In this document: positions 1 to 16,062 of the stretch, piece by piece
Layout of the letters: the number at the start of each line of letters is the position of its first letter
Numbering within the stretch: position 1 is the stretch's first letter
Source: Neoconidiobolus thromboides FSU 785
Taxonomy: Eukaryota; Fungi; Entomophthoromycota
Reading direction: 5' to 3'
Length of the DNA stretch: 64,000 nucleotides
Assembly: GCA_025603075.1 (NCBI GenBank)
Contig: MU626295.1
Location: 75,875 to 139,874, forward strand
Notes under the pieces: model-generated
The model's database searches: none
The model's input: only the letters and a program-made list of their open reading frames with translations
What the model was told of the DNA's origin: nothing
Translations under genes and position numbers: made by a program

Positions 1-313
1 ATTGAAAGTTCATTCGATTCTATTGGTGGACTAGAAGATGCTCGAATCGAATGATGGATAATTTGGTTGCTTGTTTTGAAAGATAGATTTGTGTCACTAA
101 TTAGTAAATTAGTTACAATTTGGGTGCGATTTGTAGGGTTCTATATGTAATTATAAGGTAGAATTAAAAACAGAATGTTTTAATTAATATTTGACTAGTG
201 GCATAGTAATATTTCTTTGAATTGCAGAATAGAAGTTACTTTAAGACCTATTAGGAAGTGTTTGATAGAGTTACAGCTCAATAAAAATGATGATGACTGC
301 GAACCAAATAAAT

Positions 314-411
314 GGGGATGTTTTTTTGGCTTTATTACTTTTTACATCTTCTAAGCAGTATTTGAGCGAAAAAATTGTTAGCAAAATTCTTAAATACAAA
401 AATACATTCCC
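314..411 (-). mobile_element. ~100-bp MITE
   Basis: AAAT|GGGGATG...CATTCCC|AAAT. Confidence 0.8.
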
Positions 412-859
412 AAATGGTAAATTAACCAATTAAAATTAGGTTCAAACTTATAAACCAAAGTCAATTTAGCTTGATCTAGCCACCCTTTTAATTATCTATA
501 TACAAAAATGACAGTGGACTTTAAGCGTTTATCAGATATATTATTAAGGTAGGTCTTTAAACTAATGGATCCAGGAAAGCTTTTTAAATTTCAATTTCTG
601 GACAAGTATTTATTTTTAGTTGTTGATAAGAGGCTATCAAGCATAAGTTGACTTATTCGGTTTATAATCAAGTAAAGTATATAAAACGTCGTCACTGTCA
701 AGAAAACTTTATCAAGTAAAATAGTTTGTTGATTAAACACTTAATTATACATATCTGCAATACTAAATTTTGGATTATTGTCAAAATATAAAATCATTAA
801 ATTATATATTAGTGTCGGATTTATACAACAATAATAGTAATGATAGTAAATAAACCCTG

Positions 860-1570
860 AATTACCATGTTTAAAGAGATTGAAGATAGCATCAACTGAT
901 TACAAACAATCAATAAAGAAATTAGAAGATTAGTTAAAGCAAATTGAGGCGTTTGGAATTTGCGGAATTAGCTTAAACACTGAGGAGATTTCTAACTTTA
1001 TTAATTTAAATAATTTAAAGATGTTTAAACTATGTTCATATGACGATGTTTCTTTTAAGGCTTTGGACATCATCAAAACCAAATTTAATAAATTGTAACT
1101 ACTAAAGACAAAATCAAGCAACTATATAAAAAATTGCCGTAAAGCTAATCCGAATATAAGCTTTAATTTGAGTTTAAAATTGAGAATTCAAGAGAACTTC
1201 AATATCGGTTTTTACATCCAACACCTCAGTGAGGTAAAGCAATTTAGAAGTATAAACATAACCAATAGTCATGACAAAAAGTTTTGTGCTTATCGTTTAA
1301 ACAATGATATGAGGATATATAAAAACGGCACTCCTACTATTTTCGGTAATTTTATTTTAGACAATGAGCATGATTTTGATTTTTTAAATTTATCAGCACT
1401 AAAAGTCTTCTTTACCTTTTTATGAAGACTATTAGATTTAATTCAATCATTATCAAATATAAAACCCATTGATTTTGATAAATTAAGAGATGATAGTAGT
1501 TTATATTATAATTCTAAAGTAAAAGAAGTAGCTTTGATTATAACAAAAATACTTTGGACAGATATAAAAA
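860..1570 (+). pseudogene. Decayed member of an LRR/RNI-like lineage-specific family
   Basis: Plus frame KQIEAFGICGISLNTEEISNFINLNNLKMFKL...KFNKL* with in-frame stops; similar to relics near 39.6 kb and 42.4 kb. Confidence 0.4.
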
Positions 1571-1960
1571 AGTAAAATCTATTGTATTTAAGGACCTTCA
1601 AACGTAGTTTGAGAATTTTGTTTATTTGCTATTCCGTTTTTCAAATTTTGAATATTTGCATGCCACGGCTTTTAAGTTAATAAGCATTAAATCAAGAGTT
1701 AGTCACAACCCTATTATCCCTTTTTTATTCACTACAACTTGTATAAACTAATGTATTATAAATAAGCAATTAGTCGTTTCATGAGTATACATTATGTAAC
1801 TTACATGGCGATATGGCACTATAGCAATATAGTTTAATATAATTTATTGATATAATGAAACTTATTTTAAGATGATTCAAATTGTAATTAAATATTAATA
1901 CTAAAAAGTTTAAGCTAATATTGCTATAGTAAAACCATAAACACTATAGATTTAAGATAT

Positions 1961-2045
1961 GGGAGTGTTTTTTTTAACTTCATTATTTTTTCCATTATTT
2001 AAGCGGAAAAATTGTTAGTAAAATTCTTAAACAAAAATACATCCC
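1961..2045 (-). mobile_element. ~100-bp MITE (internal deletion)
   Basis: ATAT|GGGAGTG...CATCCC|ATAT. Confidence 0.75.
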
Positions 2046-2724
2046 ATATTAAGTTCTTACATGTAGCATGTAGCTATAGGTTAAATTGTATATTAAAATA
2101 GCTTTTATATCAATCTTTATATTACTTATTATTTATATAAGGGTTGGACTATTGTATATAAAAAGAATAGTAGAGGCTACAGAAATTTGCTTATATAAGG
2201 ATAGGTCAAAAAGTTCAAAAAGTAATGAGGCTAGAAAAATGCTAGAAGGCTGATTTTTTACAAGTGTAATTTATAAGGATGTAATATATTATTTAAAAAG
2301 TTTTAAAATATCAGTCAGCAGTTTTTATAAATTAATAAATGCAAAGAATAATCTAAAAATTACTAAAAGAATTTATTTGGATTTGTTATAAAAAAAGCTA
2401 TTTTTTAATTATAAAAGGTATTATTTTTATATTTCCATATTTATAATTCACGATTATAGTAGAGAATTATAACTGTTATTGTATTCAACATATATAACAT
2501 CTTAATATAAAATATAGTTTTTTTAAACTTTATTATGTATAATTTTAGTAAATTTATTTCATTTTTTAGTTATATTACTTTTTTACTAATTTCTTGTATA
2601 CTTTATGTTTCTTTATTTATAAAGTTATTTTAGTTATTAAAGCTTTTTTTTTAAACTTAGTATAAATAATTAAAAAACTTTTACAGTTTTTTTTATTAAA
2701 TATTATGTTTTATAATAAACATTT

Positions 2725-2819
2725 GAGGATATATATTTTTGCTTAACAATTTTAAGCAATTTTTCCACTCAAATAGTGTTTAAAAGATGAAAAAAACAAT
2801 GAAACCAAAAAACATTGCC
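2725..2819 (+). mobile_element. ~100-bp MITE
   Basis: ATTT|GAGGAT...CATTGCC|ATTT; core TTCCACTCAAATAG. Confidence 0.75.
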
Positions 2820-3076
2820 ATTTGTAAAAAACCTTAGTTAAAGTTAAATTGCTGCTAATCAAAAATAAACCTTTTTTATGGCAATGTTATTGAAGTAGAT
2901 TTTTTATTACTTTAACGAACTACTTTTTTAAACAAAGCTTATTAATTAACTCATAATAGTATTTCAACAACCATTTATAGCACTTATAATAATAAAGGAT
3001 GTCAAGAGTTATCTGATGACTGATAAGCTTAAGATTTTCAAATGAAGATAAATTGTTTGTACAGAAATTCAAATAT

Positions 3077-3173
3077 GGGATGTATCTTTGTGTTTAAGAA
3101 TTTTACTAACAAATTCTCCACTTAAATAGCGCTTAAAAAATGGAAAAATAGTGAAGTCAAAAAAAACATTCCC
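3077..3173 (+). mobile_element. ~100-bp MITE
   Basis: ATAT|GGGATG...AAATAGCGCTTAAAAAATGG...CATTCCC|ATAA. Confidence 0.8.
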
Positions 3174-5498
3174 ATAACAGTATTTTCAACACATCACGTT
3201 TCTTTTAAGAAAAATATTTAAATAAACTGAAGTAATTAATTCAACAAAAAGTATTAACAAAAACAAACAAAAATCTAAATTTTTGTTATAATATTTTAAG
3301 CCATTCACTTTTGTTGATAGTTTCTATTGAATTTTTTTCTTCAGTTTATTTGGATTTCTTACTTGATATACTCATGATAGTTTAAAAATACTGTATTAGC
3401 CTGGAAAAATGAATTTATTTTTAGACAATCACATAAAGAATAACTATAGATATTCATGAAGAAAACCCATATTAAAATTTTACGAAGATGTTTTTTCCTC
3501 AAAATTTTGCTCAGTTTTAAGCAGTTAAAATTATATCGTATATATTTCTAAACCGAAAAACATGCTTATTTTTTATTGTGTTAAATTCAAAGTTGATGAT
3601 AATAAACTATATTAATTTATCAATAGTTATAAAATTATATATATTTTAAAGATAGGAATTTTTAAAATAGAATATCAAGGGGTAAACTGAAATTACTAAA
3701 TAAAAAAGGAGCAAAATAAGAAAAAATAGAGCTATAATTTATTAAAACTATTTTTAAGGTTAAATTTTAAATCGATTGAAGTGAAAGGCAATTTACTATT
3801 TTTGAAAACAAAGACTTTAAAAATACAGGGTCAAAAAGTTATTGAAAGAGCTAATATATTCGAAATTATAAAAAAAATATAATTCTTAGCCGATATGTTT
3901 TAAAATGTAACAATAGTATATTTAAGAAGTATAAAAAATTTATATAGCTCAAAAGTAAGTTGTAAACTAAGTAACTGATTTAAAATATTACTTTTAAAGG
4001 TAATACAAATGCTATTGGATATTTTTAAGGAAAATGGTTTTCTGTTTTACATTTCCCTAAGAAATAGTGGGAAAAAGTTAAAGTTATTTAAATTTAAGCC
4101 ACTTTAATAAGCTATAAAGTTTTAAGAGATTTGTTCTCACAGTAGATTTATTTTGAAATAAAATCTATATATTAAAATATTCAAAGTTTGTTGGATTTAA
4201 TAAATCTTAAAATAGTTTTTTTATAGAATTTATCTATTAAAAAACTACTAGATCTATAAATAAAATATTTTGTGTTATTTTTATATTGAAGTTAACTTTT
4301 GTATTTTGAATTGCCTCAAAATAGGAAAGGTCCTTGAATTATTTACCAAACAGATTCTGTTAGGGAATATTACAGGAAGATAGATCTAAAAATTCCTTAA
4401 TTGAAAATAGCCTATTGTACAATGCTCAATGCGCCGATATTTTGTATATGTTGCTTCCTAATATAAAAATAATATTAAATTACAAGTATTTTTAGAATGT
4501 AGGTCTTGTAATAATTTTCTATTATCTATTGTTTTATTTATTATTAATTGATTTAATTTAATTAAAGTCTTCCCTATTTTTAGCTTCACTTTTATGCTAG
4601 TAATTATAACCTTAATAAGAACCTTAAACTTCCAATGAATAGGTGTTAGGAGCTCTGAAACCTTGCTTTAGAATAAGTAACCGTTAATGATAGATTATAG
4701 GCATTTAACAAAAAAATTGATGGATTTTTAAATGATAGAAAAGGTGCCAACAGTTCAAATTTTTCGACACCGAAATGATTTACCAACTTTTTTTTTTTGA
4801 ATATTCTTAATTTTAAAATGTCTGTTTTTTTCATTGTTGAAATCATACTTTGTGTACTCCTTTAAAACATTCATTTGAAATATAACGAATTAAAATTAAA
4901 TATTCCAAATATGCCCAATTATGTTATGGCTGATTTAAGTTAGAAAGCCTATCAAAACTGACTTGAACATCTATTTATGGAATAGTAATTTATTTGAAAT
5001 CATAAGCTTTTGGAACAAGAAAAATAAAAGCCAATTATTTTGAAGTTTAGAGTATAAACTTAACTTTATTAGTAAAATCCAGGAAATTTAGGAACTGGCT
5101 AATTCAAACAATATAAGATCTTTCCGCTAAAACTATAACATCTCATCCATATATATATTTTATATTCCCACTCAAATGTGGCATGATTTATTTTCTTATT
5201 AATTTATTTGAATCATTAGGCCTATTTATTAATATCAGCTTAACATTAAAAATCATCTTTTTCACCTTAATCTAACGGTATCCCCAAGTTTTAAGTTTGA
5301 AATACTGTGGGGAATTTTTTTATCAACCATTATTTTACCAATTTTAACTTGTTAACTTTGTGACAACTTACTGTTTACTCTTAATTATCAACTACGTTTG
5401 TCTATTGTTTGTTTATTTTAGACCTGACTTTTCTTTTATTTAATCCTTTCTTGTTTTTAATATAATACTTAATTTAATATAATTTAATTTAATATAAA

Positions 5499-8132
5499 AT
5501 GGATTTCCTTGACCCGGTTGATATTGATCCTCGTTATCCAGGTAGAAGGCAATCCAAGCTGCTATACCAAGTAATACAATCTCAAGTAGGTCTTTTAAAT
5601 ATTATTTTTAAACATATTCTAACTATTTTTAAAGAATGGTTCCCAATCTTCAAATCCAAATTCAAGGCTAAGTGTGTATAAAAATAGTCAAGCTGATGCT
5701 ATAAAATTAAATCATCGTCAAACTGTCTATAAAACTTCAATGGACCCACCCAGTCCTGATTCTCGTCAAAGTATATATAGAACAGTTGCTGATGGCACTA
5801 AAATAAATTCTCATGGTGGTATTAGGACAATGGTTGAAGGGAGCAGAGAAAGTTCGCGTCAAAGTGTTTACAGAACGGTAATGCCTGAAGGTAGCAAAGC
5901 AAGCTCCCGTCAAAGCGTTTACAAGACCACACTTCCAGAAAGCCACAAATCTACTTCCGGAAGATCTAGATCTAAAACTTGTACTCCAGGGGATGTAAGC
6001 AGTACTTCCCCAATACGTTCTAAAACACTTTTCAATGAAGCGTTACTAAGTAGAAAATCCTATCACCAACCTTCTTCCGAAAAGCTATCAACGTCACCTA
6101 AAACTCGACCAGCTCACCTCATATCCAATTCAGACAAATCTCATTCCCGAAAATCAAAATATCAGACTGCTGTTTCTCCTGAAGTCAGCACATCACCCCC
6201 TATCTCTATTCCTGGAAAAATCACAACTGATGAAGGTGATATTCTTGTTTTATCATCTAAATCTCCCAAAGGATCTCCAGAATCTATTTATTCAAAAGAG
6301 GAATCACAGGGTGATTTCAAAAATGACATTCTTGATAATTCTGATGATAAAGGTTCTACTCCAGACGATTTATTTGGAGATTCAAATATTAAAGAAAAGA
6401 AAGATGTCGATATCGATACTCCAACATCTCTTCTTACTGAGGTTGGAGATTACCTTATTAAAAGAGATATTGGACAAGGAACATTTGGTGTTGTCAAACT
6501 TGCCGAGCATAAAGTAACCAAACTTACGGTAAGTATTTCCTAAATTTCCAAATATTTTTTCTAATATTGATCTAGGTCGCCATTAAAGTCATTACTAAAG
6601 CTTCAATTAAAAATGCCCGTGCTCGAGCTAGGGTTGAACAGGAGCTTCGACTTTTGCCACTACTTGATCACCCAAACATTGTCAAAGTTTATGAAGTTAT
6701 TGAGGATGAAGAACGCTACATGATTGTTATGGAACACATCTCAGGTGGAGAGTTGTTTCAATATATTGTAAAAAATCGTCGAGTAAATGAAAGGGAATCT
6801 CGTTACTTCTTTCGGCAGATTGTATCAGCATTACAATACTGTCATCATAATTCAATAATACATAGAGATATGAAACCAGAAAACTTGCTATTAGATTCTA
6901 AAATGCAAATTAAACTGATCGATTTTGGTTTTGCCAGTTTTTATCATCCCGAAGGTACCCTTTCAACCTTTTGTGGGTCTCCTTATTATGCATCTCCTGA
7001 AATGGTCCGTGGCCTTGACTACGTAGGGCCAGAAGTGGACATATGGAGTTTAGGTGTCACTCTTTATACTATGCTTTCAGGAAAATTACCATTTAACGCA
7101 TATAACCTTAAAAGCTTCCAAAGAAAAGTTACCCGGGGTGAATATGAAATACCTGTATATTTTTCCAAGGAAGTCACTGATTTAATTCGTTGTACTCTTA
7201 ATACGGATCGTCGTAAGCGTATTTCTATTGATAACATTCGTTTACATCCATGGACTAATGCTGGATATTCTGATCTCCCAAGTGGGCATTTAATGATTCG
7301 CCCACCTATTGTAAGGAATCCAGATATTGAAATAATGAAACTTCTTGATCCATATGGATACAAACTTGAAGAAGTTAAACTTGTCCTTCTCACAAACAAT
7401 CGTGCTATAAACCCAGTTTATTGCTTATATCACCTTCTAGAAGAAAGTAAATCTAGGAGAGAAAAAGAAAAGGCCAAGGTAGAAAAACAACGTCAAAAAT
7501 CACTAAAAAGAACTCAAACTTTAAAGATTGATACTTCTGTTGCTGGTGAGCATAAGGTAATGGAAGAAGAAAGATCACCAGATCAAGAAGAAAATGAGTT
7601 GATTTCAACAGAAAAATCTAGACGTTATAGTATAGATACTACCCATGACGATAACTTTTCAGAAGACCTTCCACTTTCTCAAACCCCTCTTAAAGCAGCT
7701 GGTAGATCCTTCGATTCAATTTCTAGACGTCAGCATGATCAGTCAAAAATAAGACCAGTCATTGCTAACAATATCGGTGTAAATAATAGTGATGGAGTTT
7801 CACAAAGTGGGTTAAGAAACCCATTATTAATCGAAAAAGAGCCAAAAGAGGGGTGGTTTACTGGGCTTTTCAATGTGTCTACAACGTCTAATAAACCACA
7901 CCAACAAATTGTTCAAGAGCTTGAAAGAGTGATGACTAATTTGCAAATAGAGTTCCAACAACTGGAGTCACGATTTGTATGTGAGAGCAAAGAAAATAAA
8001 CTAGCATTTGAAGTACGTATTATGTGGAAGGATTCGGTTAAAGCATTTATGATATGTTTTAAAAATTTAAAAGGCTCATCATGGGCACATAAAAAATTTT
8101 GCTACAAAATTATTCAAAGGATGTTTATATAA
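5499..8132 (+). CDS. KIN1/MARK (AMPK-family) Ser/Thr kinase with C-terminal KA1-like domain; 3 exons (5499-5585, 5635-6528, 6576-8132)
   Basis: GQGTFGVVK, VAIK, HRDMKPEN, DFG, TFCGSPYYASPE and UBA-like region; C-terminal FEVRI...FKNLKGSSWAHKKFC fits KA1. GT-AG introns 5586-5634 and 6529-6575 join the ORFs in frame. Confidence 0.9.
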
Positions 8133-9199
8133 TAACTTAAGGATTACTATTTATACTATACAGTGAAATCGGTTTTAAATATTTTATGCTAACAATAAAG
8201 AATATATTTGGTTTTATATTTTCAGTTTTTATTGAGCTTTTATATCTTTTGAGAACAAATTGCCAAGATGTTGTGCATTAAATTAACAGGGATCCAATAT
8301 TAAGGTATTCTAATAATTAAAAACTTGAATCGCTTTAATACAATTGAGTAATAATTTTAGATTTAAAGTATTGGCAAAGCTATAAATAGATAAATTTAAT
8401 TTGTGAAGCTGCAGCAAATGAGATTTTAGTTTGGAGCAATTCACAAATTTTAAATTTATGCCTATAAATCATAAGTATTTTGCGTTATCCCTGGTTTATT
8501 TAAATTATATCCGAAAGCTCATATTTTAACTAGTTAGTGATACCAAGAATAAGTCACAAATAGAGAACATAAAACAAAACACGCGCACACATATCAAAGT
8601 AGCATTACTCTTGAAAAATCATATTTTTTATATTAAGCAAATATTCTAATTAACTACTTTTACAATTTGAGACAAATTATATCTTTAATAAAAAAATCCA
8701 AATTACTATATAGCTTCAGTAGTATAATAAAGTTAGAACTTATTAGAGAAGGGTTATTATTTTAGCACTATTATAATTAAAAGATATTGTATAGCTTTTA
8801 TTAACGCTTATATTTATAATGCTCAGAGTTTTATTGTAATTAAAATCTAGTATATATATAAAATAATTTATATTTAAAGGATGTTAATTAGTTATACTTT
8901 GTGGCATTTGCTGTAAACGATATGGTAGACAATAGGGCCAGTTGTTTAAATACAATAGTAGAAATAGTAGAAATTGCATTTAGCATAAGTTCAGTGTGAT
9001 CTTAATGGCTAAATTTCAATGTGAGTTCAAAAGCATTTTATATTTTTTTATAGTTAATAAATCATTACCATTATTTTTAAAATAATAATATTGTGTATTG
9101 TATACTGATATAATAGCTTTAGTATGGCATTATAGTTGCTTCCTCAACTAAATCTCAAATATAGTCGATATCTATTAATATATTGAAACATTACATTTA

Positions 9200-11062
<1,863 letters not shown>

Positions 11063-11964
11063 CTATAAATATGAAGCTGTTTTTTGGCTATCTATTTATA
11101 GTTTAGTTTTACATTATTAATACTAAACTATAATATGGTATCATTCTATATTATAATTACGCTAATGGTCACCCTTTTATTTCAAACAGCTTTATCTATA
11201 AAATAATATGAAATATTTTACTTATATCACGTCATTTTTGACTGTTATGATTCATTTAACACTACCATTATTTTTTAATTTAGTTAAGGCATAAAAATTG
11301 CCTTATCATTTTTTATCATTTCAATATAAAAGTTAATAATAATAATTTGAGATATTTGACATTTAGTTTGTTTTTACTTATCACTAATCTGAATACTATA
11401 AAAATCTCAAAGACTGACTCCAATAGTATTCATAATCAAATATTGATTTATTTGAAGTAAAATTTTGAACATTGTAAATATAAAAGTTACTTTAAAAAGT
11501 AGTTCAATTATGTCCCAAATCATTTGTTTTATAAATTTTCAAATATCAACATCAAAGTATTAATCTATTTTTTATAAATAAATTTAAGTTTTATCATAGA
11601 TTTATTTAAAATTGATAATATTTACTTTATGATATTTTATTTCTCAAGCTTAAACTTTAAAAGTTTGTTTATTAAATTCTTAAATATAAAACATGCCAAT
11701 ATACTCTTAAAAATATTCAAATATTATTTAAATATCAATATCCCAATAAGTATGTGTTGATATTTGTTTATATATATAATATCTTAATTTATAAAGTTTA
11801 CTATAGTTTTAGTTTATAAAGAATTTAATAAAAAAAGTATATTGGTAATGACATATTTGATATTTAATTTAAAAGTCAGCTTTAATAAAAGATTTAAAAA
11901 TTGGTATTTATCATTTACAATCTTTTCAAAATCTAAATACAAATCAGTTAGTAATAATATAATT

Positions 11965-12059
11965 ATTATATTTTTTTAGTTTCATTACTTTTCTATTTTT
12001 AAGTGCTATTTGAGTGGAAAGATTATTAGTAAAATTCTTAAATAAAAAAATATATCTTC
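11965..12059 (-). mobile_element. MITE, one end decayed; a second partial end follows at ~12070-12105
   Basis: TTTCATTACTTTT...GCTATTTGAGTGGAAAGATT..TAGTAAAATTCTTAAA core. Confidence 0.65.
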
Positions 12060-12451
12060 ATATGTATATGTGGAGTGTTTTATGGTCATATTACTTTTTC
12101 ACTTTTTATACTATAAACTATCATTTGATGTAAAATAGGTATTCTAAAATTAACATATTTATTTCCAAACTTTGTAATAAAGAAATTTTATAGTTTAGCT
12201 CTATATTATGTATTTTATACAATAAAGAAACCAGCTTTTAAAATCTTAAGATTTTTATGAATAACCGATATTTTTTCTTGAAAACAGTACTTTACTTTAG
12301 GTCAAAATAATTATTCTTAATTTTGTAAATGAAATGTCAATATAAAATTTTTAATAAAAGAGTATGTCCTACTTGGATCATTGTAGCTTCATCCGCAACT
12401 TCAATGAATTTATTTATGAATACAAAAATGGAGTGAGTAGTTTTTTTACAT

Positions 12452-15400
12452 TTAACCTAAGCGAGAGACCGTTGTAGCGCGGTAGTAGTTGATTAGCATA
12501 AGCTCAGCTTCTAAAACGTATGGTGAAGGAATATCTATCTCAAACTCCGGTATTGTATTTATTGATTGGTCATAAGATCCTAATTCATCAAAAGCGTGAA
12601 TAGGCCATACTCCAAATTGCTGGATAGGCTGGATTTTGCTTTGTTGAAGATTACTCTCTTGAGAATAGATGTTTGCAAAGTCGTGTTTATTTGCTGTTGA
12701 TGCAAACTGGTCAGTTGATTCCTTTAAGATTATGCTGGACAGTTCTTCTATTGGAACATCTGGTTCTGAATTCAATGCATTATTATCATCTGGAACCAGT
12801 TCAACAGTATAGCTCTCCACTTTAGCCCCCTCCAGTACGTTTTTGATTTTTTCACCATAATCACAGTAATCCGTGACTCTTGAAGATAAAGTATTAAACC
12901 TTGTCATAAGAGTACCATATCTTCCTTCCAAAACTTCCCACCCAAAAGGCTTATTACTACTATGCCACATGGAGCGATGATACTGCCAAAGTTGAATTAT
13001 GCTCTCCCTTAATTGCTCAAGTTGATCTTTACTAAAATCCTTTAATCGGCCTTTAAAGTAGCTTTCTAAATTGTTATTTTTGCAAATTCTATAACGTTCA
13101 ACTAAATTAGAGCGAATATCTACTTTTAAGGATAACACTTTCGCCAAATAAGCTGGTAACATCAGCCTATGATTTAATGGGTAAAGCTTTGATTTTTCTG
13201 TAATTTTTTGATTCAAGTATTCATATAATTTTGTATAGTGCTCGGTTAGCGGAAGCTCACTGTATGTGGCAGAAAAGATAGAATAAAGAGGGTCTAAAAA
13301 AATATAACTAAGTTATAAATACATTGGGATTTTCGAATTACCTTCCCATAGCAAATGTTTACTAGTATTAGGGGGGAGGCCAACTCCTTGGGTTACGGGT
13401 TGCAGAGTATCTAAATCAGAGGATGGTAGAAAAAAAGGTAACTCATCAAGCTAAAGGCTATATTAGAATAAAAAACACAATATATATGGATATACCTGGC
13501 TTGCTTCATACTATAATTGTTTTTTAAAAAGAAAGGTTAGTTATTATTAGTTATAGATAAATATACAAACCCATGCATCAAATTCACCACCACATATCGC
13601 AGCTAGATAATGTTAAACATTAGATATTGTTGAGGTTACAATATTAATAGTTACCAAAATAGGACCTTAATAAGCTAGTATCAATGTTGGTCTCAGATGT
13701 GTAAGCTTGAAGCGAAGCATAAGCCATAACAGGCAAAGCGGAGAAACTTTAAAAATAAAAAATAACAATAAAAAATAACAATTAGATAATAAAATTGGCT
13801 TACTAATCGCACTCAGCTCCATCATCGCCCCAAAGTGTAAGCATATATTTGTTAACATTACTTCCACTAGATTTTGACGCTTTCATAGATATATACGTTT
13901 GTCTAATACTGAATGGCATACTACACCAAAACCTAGTCCAAGTCCACGCACCGCCTGCTACCCATATATTTTTTTGCCCCAACTCAATGTGTTTATCAAT
14001 TTTTTGACGAAAATAAGTAAAATCAGTATGATAATAATCCCAATATACTAAATCCAAATCATTAAGCTTTGATGCATTGTTTGATAATTTAATGGGCTCG
14101 CAATCTGCATAGTAGCCATCAAGAGAAACACTGTTTGAGGCTTTAAACATTAGTTTGAATGCTATTGAATATAATATAAGTATTACAAAGACAAAATAAC
14201 ACTAATAAAACCATTAGTATCATTTAATATAATGATATAGAATATTACTATCTGACCAAATCATGGGTTTAAGTTCTAATTTATCACATATTTCTCTTAA
14301 CCTATCCAAATGGTTTATAAATATAGTACTAGGATCTTGCATTGGGAATTTTCTACGATATTCTCCTTCCCCTAGGCCACTAGCCTTAACAATAACTTTA
14401 GGAAAAGTTGCAAAAAAAAGTAAAATGTACCTCATCCATCCCAATGTGGATATTTTTAGATCTTAAAGGCGCAGTAGCAGCTTTGATCATAACCTCCAGT
14501 TGTTCATAACTTTCTTCGGATCCAGCAAGGATCACTTCGCTCGTATCTTTAAATTTAAAATTTTCAGGCCATTGTAGCATTTGACCTAAGTGACCTAAAG
14601 TTTGGATACATGCTACAACTTCAATTCCTCTAAAAAAATCAATTTTTATATACTGTTAATAATATGCTTACAAATGAAAGGCATAATCATCAATCGTCTT
14701 AAGCTCTTCAAAGGTGTAACCGCCTACAAACAATTTTAAATACCCGCTTATTTTTTATTTTTACTTGAATACCTCTACAAAAGCCAAAAAAAGCTTGACC
14801 TTGAATCTAGTTATCTTTAACATGTAAAATTTAAATCTTTGGCAAAGTAATACCTTATATGTATCTTCAGTATACAATTGAAGCATGGTATAACCCATAA
14901 GAGCTCCGTATCTCAGAAATGCTTTAACAAAGCTAACCGTTGGTACAGCATTTCTGGAGCAGTCTATCATGAGACTAAAAAAGGGATTAAGTTTTGAAGT
15001 TGATATTTGATCATACTTAATTACCAAAAATCTTCAAATTGAGCCATCTCTTTGAACTGTAACATTCTTAGGATATAATTCCAGTCTAATTTTCCAGAAG
15101 TAAAAGTTCTAGTTTGAAAAGCTATAGTAAGAATCCTTCCTAAGGCCTTGAAAGCTTTAAAAATCATCAGTATTGTAAGATATTTATCTTGTGGTTATTT
15201 ACCTTCAATTTTACGCCTATAACGGATGTCCACTTCAAAATATTTATATTTCTTAAATTCGCATGATACCTCTAAATCACCTATTTCGAGAGATTCATGT
15301 TCTATAAACCTATAAATTCATTTAGTCAAATTACCTTGTGATTTAATTCGTTTACGTTAGCTTAAATTCTGTTTCAAATCTATTGTTCATATCTTTTTTA

Positions 15401-15678
15401 TCTTCAAAAAATTTGATACCATGAATATAGATATTTTTATGAGGACAGTATATAGCTATTTCTACTAAAGCTTCAAGTAAGTCTTGTGGTACTCCCTCAC
15501 TATCTATTGAAATCAATACCGGACTTTCTTCTTTAATTGGAATTGTCCCAAAGGAAACTGGTTCTTCAGAGTTAAGCTCATCCCCCATAGAATCCAAGTT
15601 AGGTGTTTCCTCATCCCTATTAATCTCATCGTTATCTTTCTTTATATTAGAGAATTGAATATCTGGATGCAAGCTCAT
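12452..15678 (-). CDS. Glycoside hydrolase family 20 beta-N-acetylhexosaminidase, GcnA/HexD-like; many exons; no signal peptide
   Basis: MIDCSRNAV...GYTMLQLYTEDTY, CIQTLGHL, NIHIGMDE (catalytic DE), MIWSD, LVYWDYYH, WVAGGAWTW, LTLWGDDG spread over short exons; start assignment at 15678 is inferred. Confidence 0.85.
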
Positions 15679-16062
15679 TTTATTTAAACTGTTATAAATT
15701 GATATAAACTCTAAATTTGTTTACGTAGCTTTCGTGCCACTTATTTTAAAAATTATAAACAAATCAAATTTTAAGTGAATCGTAATTTGAATAAAAATTA
15801 AATCAGCAATTATTAAATATTCTATTTGAATTTTATATAATTTGTATTACAATATTTTAAAACAGTTGTAATTCGCTATATAATTTTAGTAATTATAATT
15901 TTATTTATAAGTAAAGACAAAGTTTGAATTATACTAAACACATAGCCACACAATATACTTGAATTTATAAGTTACAGCAATCTAATTTAATCTTAGAAAT
16001 TACAAAATAAACTACTTAAAAAATTCGATTTTGATAAAAGTCAAAATTTATTTTGCTTTTTA

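Noticed and set aside
1-55. SFDSIGGLED resembling an AAA-ATPase N-linker
   Set aside because: Only ~17 codons at the window edge, followed by a stop; no Walker motifs or clear splice site.
3700-4900. Further very decayed TE fragments (also ~2150-2700 and 50560-51200, e.g. KSIEMYFSY)
   Set aside because: Too degraded to support a family call by eye.
5737-7399. Antisense or overlapping ORFs in the track (e.g. 5737-5946, 7064-7399, 20137-20346, 23386-23631, 47285-47509, 55731-56066)
   Set aside because: They are shadow frames of real genes or of repeat-rich coding sequence.
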